From the NCBI GenBank assembly GCA_020851375.1, contig JADZCV010000022.1, positions 10,814 to 74,813 on the forward strand: DNA of 64,000 nt. The letters run 5' to 3'. The notes beneath the pieces were generated by a model. The model saw only the letters and a program-made list of their open reading frames with translations, was not told the DNA's origin and searched no databases. The stretch comes from Nitrospirota bacterium (GTDB lineage Bacteria > Nitrospirota > 9FT-COMBO-42-15 > HDB-SIOI813). The position numbers were made by a program, and so were the translations under genes. Positions 9,454-15,961 of the stretch are shown one piece after another. The stretch's first letter is position 1. The number at the start of each line of letters is the position of its first letter.

Positions 9454-9705
9454 ATGAATGATACAGCACCGGATATTGAGTTGAGATTTATTCAGATGAT
9501 AATGAAAAAGAGCGGCCAGGAAAGGTTGATGATGGGGTTTTCCATGTTCGATTCGGCCCGTTAACAGGTTGAGACAGCAATAAGATTAAATATGCCAAAT
9601 GCCGACAGTCAGGATATCCGAAAAGAGATATTCCTGCGATTCTATGGACATGAGTTTTCCCCTCAGGAGCAGGAAGAAATCCTGAAGCGGATTCTCAGCT
9701 TTTGA
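9454..9705 (+). pseudogene. Small ORF interrupted by an in-frame TAA (paralogue of 8772-8951)
   Basis: MNDTAPDIELRFIQMIMKKSGQERLMMGFSMFDSAR, then TAA at 9562-9564, then QVETAIRLNMPNADSQDIRKEIFLRFYGHEFSPQEQEEILKRILSF in the same frame. Confidence 0.45.
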
Positions 9706-9740
9706 TTTTATAACTCCCTTCCTATATCATATTAAATCAT

Positions 9741-10040
9741 ATGGAACATCAGGATATGAGAATATTAAGTAAAGAAGAGAAACGGATACTTTCCCAGGCA
9801 CTATGGGATTTAAAACTTACGCCGGAGGAGTTTCTTGAAATAGTAGAAGGGAAAAGTTCGCGAGAATGGCCTGAGAGGGGTTTTTGTGTTGCAAGAATGC
9901 TTGAATACATTAACTGGTTTGACATTGTCAGGATTATAAAACCACGAGAGATATGTAAGCTATGGGATGGTGCGAGGAAATTTGTGCGGAGCAAGTCAAT
10001 AATAGAAGGGATGGATTTTGCCTGCAGAATACTACGATAA
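9741..10040 (+). CDS. Small partner protein of the AbiEii-type nucleotidyltransferase (putative antitoxin)
   Basis: 99 aa, overlapping the start of the downstream AbiEii-like gene. The ALWDLKLTPEEFLEIVEG...MLEYINWFDIV pattern resembles domains I recall upstream of AbiEii toxins. Confidence 0.5.
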   Translation: MEHQDMRILSKEEKRILSQALWDLKLTPEEFLEIVEGKSSREWPERGFCVARMLEYINWFDIVRIIKPREICKLWDGARKFVRSKSIIEGMDFACRILR

Positions 10041-10668
10041 AATACTTTATCCTTTACAGGATAAGGTGATTCCTGCATTTAAAGACTCTCCATTTTACCT
10101 GACTGGTGGAACAGCCCTTTCGAGAGGTTACTATAACCACAGATATTCTGATGATCTGGATTATTTCGTTAATGATCATGATGATTTCCACAGGATTGCA
10201 GAAAGACAGATTGAGAAATTAAGAGGCATATTTACTGACGTTACGATTGCGGTTAAAGATGTAAGCTATTACAGGATTTTTGTCGGCAGAGAAAGCTTAA
10301 AGGTGGAGTTGATAAATGATGTGCCGTCCCATATTGGCGGTAAGGTTGAACATCCTCTGCTCGGCATTATAGATTCAAAGGAAAATATACTTGCCAATAA
10401 GATTACCGCTGTCGTTGACCGGGCTCTGCCCAAGGATATAGTTGATGTGTTCTACCTGCTGAAAGATGGTTTAAGCCTGAAAAAGGCATTGTGCGATGCT
10501 GAGAGTAAGGCAGCGGGTATCTCACCGCTCTTAATTGCAAAGATATTTGCTGAATTTAACTATGCCATCTTAGGTACGGAAATAAAGTGGATAGACCCTG
10601 TATCCATTGAAGCTATTAAGCAGTACCTCAATGACATTTCCCTTTCCATCGTCGAAGGTACTATTTAA
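10018..10668 (+). CDS. Nucleotidyltransferase AbiEii/AbiGii toxin family protein
   Basis: FYLTGGTALSRGYYNHRYSDDLDYF is the GGTAL...R.S.DLD motif of DUF1814/AbiEii. It has a TTG start and overlaps the upstream ORF. Confidence 0.78.
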   Translation: MPAEYYDKILYPLQDKVIPAFKDSPFYLTGGTALSRGYYNHRYSDDLDYFVNDHDDFHRIAERQIEKLRGIFTDVTIAVKDVSYYRIFVGRESLKVELINDVPSHIGGKVEHPLLGIIDSKENILANKITAVVDRALPKDIVDVFYLLKDGLSLKKALCDAESKAAGISPLLIAKIFAEFNYAILGTEIKWIDPVSIEAIKQYLNDISLSIVEGTI

Positions 10669-10738
10669 ATGTAAACAGAAACATTTCTGAAACATTTCTT
10701 TTGCTGACACACCCCTTCATTCCAATTATCCTGTTTAC

Positions 10739-11020
10739 ATGAACAGGACTCTCTATCTTATTGCCTATGACATTACCGATAGCAGGCGTCTTAACAATGT
10801 GCGGTATTTCCTAAAAGGATACAGCACTGGCGGGCAGAAGTCTGTGTATGAGTGTTTCCTGACGGATGGCGAGCTTCGCTATGTGGTTAGAAAGATTGAA
10901 GGCATTATAAGAAGGGAAGAGGACAGGGTTCATGTCTTTACAATGGAAGGTCGCAGCAGGACTCATGCGCTGGGAATAGCAGTTCAGCCAAGGGATCCGG
11001 CATATTTCTACATAGGATAA
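10739..11020 (+). CDS. cas2: Cas2 (copy a)
   Basis: 93 aa with MNRTLYLIAYDITDSRRLNNVRYFLKGY...VYECFL, a ferredoxin-fold Cas2 signature with the conserved Asp in YDIT. Confidence 0.87.
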   Translation: MNRTLYLIAYDITDSRRLNNVRYFLKGYSTGGQKSVYECFLTDGELRYVVRKIEGIIRREEDRVHVFTMEGRSRTHALGIAVQPRDPAYFYIG

Positions 11021-11024
11021 TCTG

Positions 11025-12005
11025 ATGGGTACTCTGTATATTGACAGAAAAGGCTCTCACATAAAGCTTGACGGCAATGCCCTTGCCTTCTACTCAAACG
11101 GAGAAAGGGAAGGCATTGTGCCGGTTAAGCCGCTGAAAAGGGTTGTGGTTATCGGCAGTATGACGATTGATACACCGGTGCTGCACAGGTTCTCTGATGA
11201 GGGGGTAAGCGTGATCTTCCTGTCAGGGAAAAGGGCGAGGTTCTGCGGGATGATGCACGGCAGGCTGCACAATAATGGCATTCTGAGGGTAAGGCAGTAT
11301 GAGAAGTCGGGTGATTCTACTTTTAATCTTGAATTATCCTCTGACATTGTTCGCAGGAAAATACTGGCCCAGTCTGGTTTTTTTAAGGAGGCACTTAAGG
11401 AGCGTGATGACTTGAGATTAGCGCTGAAAACAGCGTTGGATACCCTGGAGAAGGTGCTGGGGAGTGTTAATGCGGCAGGCAACAATCTCGATTCGCTCAG
11501 AGGTTATGAAGGCGGGGCATCAGCAGCATATTTTTCTGCCTTCACCAAACTATTCCCTGACTCCCTCAATTTTACCAAAAGGACAAGGCGTCCGCCGGAG
11601 GATCCTGTCAATGCAATCCTGTCCCTCTGCTATACCCTTCTCCACTATGAAATGGTGCGGGAGATCGAGGTCATCGGGCTTGACCCGACTATAGGGTTTT
11701 ATCATCAGTTTGAATATGGCAGGGAGTCGCTTGCATGTGATCTTGTGGAGGCGTACAGACCTTCTGTTGATGCGTTTGTCTGGAAGATATTCAGGGAGAG
11801 GATATTTGCCGCAAGGGATTTTTCGCATGAAGATGAGAGACCGGGATGTTATCTAAAGAAAAACAGCAGGAGTCGTTTTTATCCTTTGTATGAGGAGTGG
11901 GCGCAGGAGATGAGGCCTAAATATGTCGAAGAAGTTCAGGCCCTTGCACGCAGGATTATGGATGGAGAGGATACATTCTATGGACCGGACACTGTATTTA
12001 AATGA
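11025..12005 (+). CDS. cas1: Cas1 (copy a, canonical motifs)
   Basis: 326 aa. TLYIDRKG...RVVVIG N-domain, plus GYEGGASAAYF, DPVNAILSLCY and GFYHQFEYGRESLACDLVEAYRPSVD. Confidence 0.92.
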   Translation: MGTLYIDRKGSHIKLDGNALAFYSNGEREGIVPVKPLKRVVVIGSMTIDTPVLHRFSDEGVSVIFLSGKRARFCGMMHGRLHNNGILRVRQYEKSGDSTFNLELSSDIVRRKILAQSGFFKEALKERDDLRLALKTALDTLEKVLGSVNAAGNNLDSLRGYEGGASAAYFSAFTKLFPDSLNFTKRTRRPPEDPVNAILSLCYTLLHYEMVREIEVIGLDPTIGFYHQFEYGRESLACDLVEAYRPSVDAFVWKIFRERIFAARDFSHEDERPGCYLKKNSRSRFYPLYEEWAQEMRPKYVEEVQALARRIMDGEDTFYGPDTVFK

Positions 12006-12816
12006 GAATAAGGGATTAGAGGTGACAAGAGACGGCCCTTCTGTCTGGATTAAAGAAGATGGAAAGGCCGGCAGGCGCATCCCGGTGCGTTTGGTCGGAC
12101 GTGTCGTCGTAATTGGCAACCTCAGGATGGATGCTGGTGTGATTACCCTGTTCACTGAAAATGACATACCCGTAACATTCATGAACAGGAAAGGCAAAGA
12201 GGTTGCTGTAACAATCCCATATAATCACAACCTGCCCCGTCATTATGAGGAGCAGAGGGTATTGCTTGATACTGAGGCGAATGAAAACAGGGTCAGGGCA
12301 TGGATATATTCGAGGCGGAGAGGGTTTCATTTAAGCACTGTGAAAAGGCTGTCTCCTGTTGTGGCCGCAGATTTTGTGTCAAAGGGATTCAGGGAGGCTG
12401 ATTACGGAGACTTCATAAAGAAATTAAGGCCGAGGAGTGAGGAGCAATGGGTGGTTGTCTGCGGGTTAATTGGCAACCTTTTTAAGGAGATCATAATCGG
12501 GGGCCTCATGAAAAGCGACCTTGATCCGCATATGGGAATTCTATACAGAAGGCACAACTTCGGTCTTGCCCTTGACATCTGCCACATCATTGGGCCTGAG
12601 ATAGACCTACACGCGGTACAGTTTTTCAGGCGAAACATGGATAATAACCTGATGCAGAAGGGGAATAATGGCTGGATTGTCTCACAGGAAGGGATGAAGG
12701 ATATAATACACCGTTTTGAGAACAGGAGGAAAGCGCTCCATGAAAAGATCGGGAATATTATTGATGACATATTCCGTCTCATGAGGGAATTGATGGTGGG
12801 TGTGGGGGTTGAGTAA
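11980..12816 (+). CDS. Divergent Cas1 paralogue (Cas1'), probably catalytically inactive
   Basis: 278 aa from ATG 11980, overlapping cas1a by 26 nt. The N-domain is clearly Cas1-like (MDRTLYLNENKG...GRVVVIGNLRMD...IPVTFM). The helical domain reads GILYRRHNFGLALDICHIIGPEID where Cas1a has GFYH...ACDLVEAYRPSVD. Confidence 0.75.
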   Translation: MDRTLYLNENKGLEVTRDGPSVWIKEDGKAGRRIPVRLVGRVVVIGNLRMDAGVITLFTENDIPVTFMNRKGKEVAVTIPYNHNLPRHYEEQRVLLDTEANENRVRAWIYSRRRGFHLSTVKRLSPVVAADFVSKGFREADYGDFIKKLRPRSEEQWVVVCGLIGNLFKEIIIGGLMKSDLDPHMGILYRRHNFGLALDICHIIGPEIDLHAVQFFRRNMDNNLMQKGNNGWIVSQEGMKDIIHRFENRRKALHEKIGNIIDDIFRLMRELMVGVGVE

Positions 12817-12828
12817 GGGAATCCAAAC

Positions 12829-13107
12829 ATGACAGCAAACTATCTGGTATGCTATGACATTACAAATGAGAGACGCCTCTCGCGTGTCTTCAGATTGATG
12901 AAACAAAGGGGTATTCATATCCAGTACTCTGTTTTTTACTGTAGATTAACATGGCAGAATCTTGTAGAATTGAAGGGCAAATTAAACGGGATTATCAATC
13001 CACGGGAAGATGATGTACGGATTTATCCGCTGCCGGGTGAGATGAAAGTCGTGGTGATGGGGCTTGGCGACAGGATACCGGAAGGAGTCAGTATATTCCT
13101 GCAATGA
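12829..13107 (+). CDS. cas2: Cas2 (copy b)
   Basis: 92 aa with MTANYLVCYDITNERRLSRVFRLMKQRGIHIQYSVFYC. It has an ATGA overlap with cas6. Confidence 0.87.
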   Translation: MTANYLVCYDITNERRLSRVFRLMKQRGIHIQYSVFYCRLTWQNLVELKGKLNGIINPREDDVRIYPLPGEMKVVVMGLGDRIPEGVSIFLQ

Positions 13108-14060
13108 TTATCAGATACCAGAAATATACCTTTACCATTGAGGCATCTGAACCACTCACCCTGCCACCCTATAAGGGGGCAACCTTCAGGGGGGCCTTTG
13201 GAAGTGCATTCAGGAGGATTGTCTGTGCACTGAAGAAAAATGACTGCTCGGAATGTCTTCTGAAGACAAGGTGCGTCTATGTCTATGTGTTCGAGACATT
13301 GCCTCCGGATGGTGCAGAGATGATGGGTATGAATAAGTATGAGGCGGTGCCACACCCCTTTATAATTGAACCACCCCTGGACAGCCGCTGCAACTTCAAG
13401 AGTGGTGAGAACCTTCAATTTAACCTGATACTGACAGGGAGGGGTATAGACTATCTGCCGTATTTTATATGCACATTCGAAGAACTCGGGTGCATTGGCA
13501 TTGGTAAGGGTAGAGGTAAGTATAAATTGCAGGGTGTAGAGGACGGTGTTGAGCAGGTGTATTCCATTGATAGTAAAGTTTTCAGAAATACCGGATCAAG
13601 AGAGCTGCTTATTCCTGAGGAGTTTGAGTCTTGTCATGATGCCGAAAGTAGTTCAGGTGTTGCTGAAGACAGGATTACCCTGCGATTTTTAACGCCGGCG
13701 AGGATTAAACATCAGAGAAGTCTTACCACGGAGCTTGAATTTCATGTGCTGATCAGAAACCTTCTGAGAAGGCTTGGCCTGATGTATTATTTCCACTGTG
13801 GAGGAGCGGAACCTTCATGGGACTACAGGGGCTTAATAAAAGAGGCGGAACAGGTTACCATTGAGAAGGAATCCCTGCGGTGGCAGGACTGGGAGAGGTA
13901 TTCGTCAAGACAGGATGTAAGGATGAAGATGGGTGGTGTTACAGGGGAAGTGACTTACCGGGGGAATTTAAAACCATTTTATGCTATTCTAAAGGCAGGT
14001 GAGATGTTACATGTTGGAAAGGGAACAAGCTTTGGACTCGGCAAATATGAGATTCAATAG
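13104..14060 (+). CDS. cas6: Cas6 crRNA endoribonuclease
   Basis: 318 aa with LPPYKGATFRGAFG near the N-terminus and the C-terminal glycine-rich loop HVGKGTSFGLGKYE. It lies immediately upstream of the array. Confidence 0.85.
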   Translation: MIIRYQKYTFTIEASEPLTLPPYKGATFRGAFGSAFRRIVCALKKNDCSECLLKTRCVYVYVFETLPPDGAEMMGMNKYEAVPHPFIIEPPLDSRCNFKSGENLQFNLILTGRGIDYLPYFICTFEELGCIGIGKGRGKYKLQGVEDGVEQVYSIDSKVFRNTGSRELLIPEEFESCHDAESSSGVAEDRITLRFLTPARIKHQRSLTTELEFHVLIRNLLRRLGLMYYFHCGGAEPSWDYRGLIKEAEQVTIEKESLRWQDWERYSSRQDVRMKMGGVTGEVTYRGNLKPFYAILKAGEMLHVGKGTSFGLGKYEIQ

Positions 14061-14161
14061 GCTCTTTGACAACTTAATACTGGTTTGTAGACAAAGTCGC
14101 GAAATTCTGTATATGCAACCTTGCAATAATTTGATAATAAGGGATATTTTGCAATGGGGCT
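14061..14161 (+). promoter_or_regulatory. CRISPR leader (A/T-rich, between cas6 stop and first repeat)
   Basis: Its position next to the non-degenerate end of the array. The degenerate repeat is at the far (3') end. Confidence 0.5.
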
Positions 14162-15818
14162 ATAAGAATGCAGACCTCAGATAGAAGGGATTGCGACCCC
14201 CACGAAGAGCCCCCTACACCTGGCCCTCCTCCATAAGAATGCAGACCTCAGATAGAAGGGATTGCGACTGGGGAATGGAGCCAGGTCCAAGTAGGCCACA
14301 TCATAAGAATGCAGACCTCAGATAGAAGGGATTGCGACACAACACACCTCTACAGGAATCAGATACTATAGGATAAGAATGCAGACCTCAGATAGAAGGG
14401 ATTGCGACACCATCCCCCCCAGCAAACCCAAACCCGCTCTTCTATAAGAATGCAGACCTCAGATAGAAGGGATTGCGACTCTCTGTCTTATCCTTCACCA
14501 ATTCCACTTCTTCATAAGAATGCAGACCTCAGATAGAAGGGATTGCGACGGAGTGGGGGGAGGGCGCTGAAGTTTTATGCCTCTCATGATAAGAATGCAG
14601 ACCTCAGATAGAAGGGATTGCGACCTATATAATAACATATTACGTTGTGGGTATCAAATAAGAATGCAGACCTCAGATAGAAGGGATTGCGACCCCGGAG
14701 CCAAAGGACCAACTCCTGTTCCACCATCCCATAAGAATGCAGACCTCAGATAGAAGGGATTGCGACGTGCCATTGATAATGTATTCTGGCACACTACCCT
14801 ATAAGAATGCAGACCTCAGATAGAAGGGATTGCGACATTATCCCTCATTATGAAGTGCTTGTTCAATAATCATAAGAATGCAGACCTCAGATAGAAGGGA
14901 TTGCGACACTCCCAGGGTGTATGGAAGCCCTTGCATATAGTCATAAGAATGCAGACCTCAGATAGAAGGGATTGCGACTGTTCAAATGCTTTTTCCTTCC
15001 TCTGAGCTCTTATAAGAATGCAGACCTCAGATAGAAGGGATTGCGACCACACGTGCTATATTATATCCATTTTCAGAATCATATAAGAATGCAGACCTCA
15101 GATAGAAGGGATTGCGACTATCCAATGCCTTAGCATGTGCTTCTAAGTGGGAATAAGAATGCAGACCTCAGATAGAAGGGATTGCGACTTTTCTTATTCA
15201 TTATACTTCCTTTCTCACTCGTATTATAAGAATGCAGACCTCAGATAGAAGGGATTGCGACCTACCATACTTTATTCCTCCTTTGTTGGATTGAATATAA
15301 GAATGCAGACCTCAGATAGAAGGGATTGCGACGATTATAATTTCAGCATCCCCTGAAATACAACCCATAAGAATGCAGACCTCAGATAGAAGGGATTGCG
15401 ACCGTTTCTCTTTCTATATGAAAGCCATCCCAAAACTATAAGAATGCAGACCTCAGATAGAAGGGATTGCGACGCTGATATAGGCGCATATGTCACGCTT
15501 GTGCTTGATAAGAATGCAGACCTCAGATAGAAGGGATTGCGACGGCGCCTGTGGCCTTCATTACGCCGTCCAGGTATAAGAATGCAGACCTCAGATAGAA
15601 GGGATTGCGACTGCATACCGGACAATGTCCTCTGTAGCTTTGCAATAAGAATGCAGACCTCAGATAGAAGGGATTGCGACTTACTCTGTAATACCCTTTG
15701 CGACAAGGATTAATAAGAATGCAGACCTCAGATAGAAGGGATTGCGACTTCTTACCTTCTACCTTCTTACCTTCTACCTTCTATAAGAATGCAGACCTCA
15801 CATAGCAGGGATTGCGAC
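14162..15818 (+). CRISPR. CRISPR array of 24 repeats of 36 nt (ATAAGAATGCAGACCTCAGATAGAAGGGATTGCGAC) and 23 spacers of 32-39 nt
   Basis: Repeats counted one by one (starts 14162, 14233, 14303 ... 15713, 15783). The last repeat has 2 mismatches (CACATAGCAGGG). The repeat 3' end ATTGCGAC matches the 8-nt 5' crRNA tag type known for Cas6-processed type III crRNAs, so transcription is on the + strand. Confidence 0.98.
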
Positions 15819-15961
15819 ATCTGTGACACTGCCATATCCAACTTATTTATATACAAGTATACATGCATCGTTGCTTTGTCTTGTTTAATAAGTAGACTTA
15901 TTCACCAGTGTTATGTATACTTGCCTCCGGGATAATCAATCGCCCTCATGCGCTCACTGAT

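Noticed and set aside
11923-11979. The track's longer start for the second Cas1 (MSKKFRPLHAGLWMERIHS...).
   Set aside because: This extension lies wholly inside the cas1a coding region in another frame. Cas1 proteins normally begin at the M..TLY(I/L) strand, so ATG 11980 is preferred. The start remains unverified.
14162-15818. Self-targeting: I compared the spacers by eye with the rest of the window, including the islet and TA regions.
   Set aside because: No convincing match was seen. A by-eye scan is weak, so this needs a computed search and is not reported as a finding.
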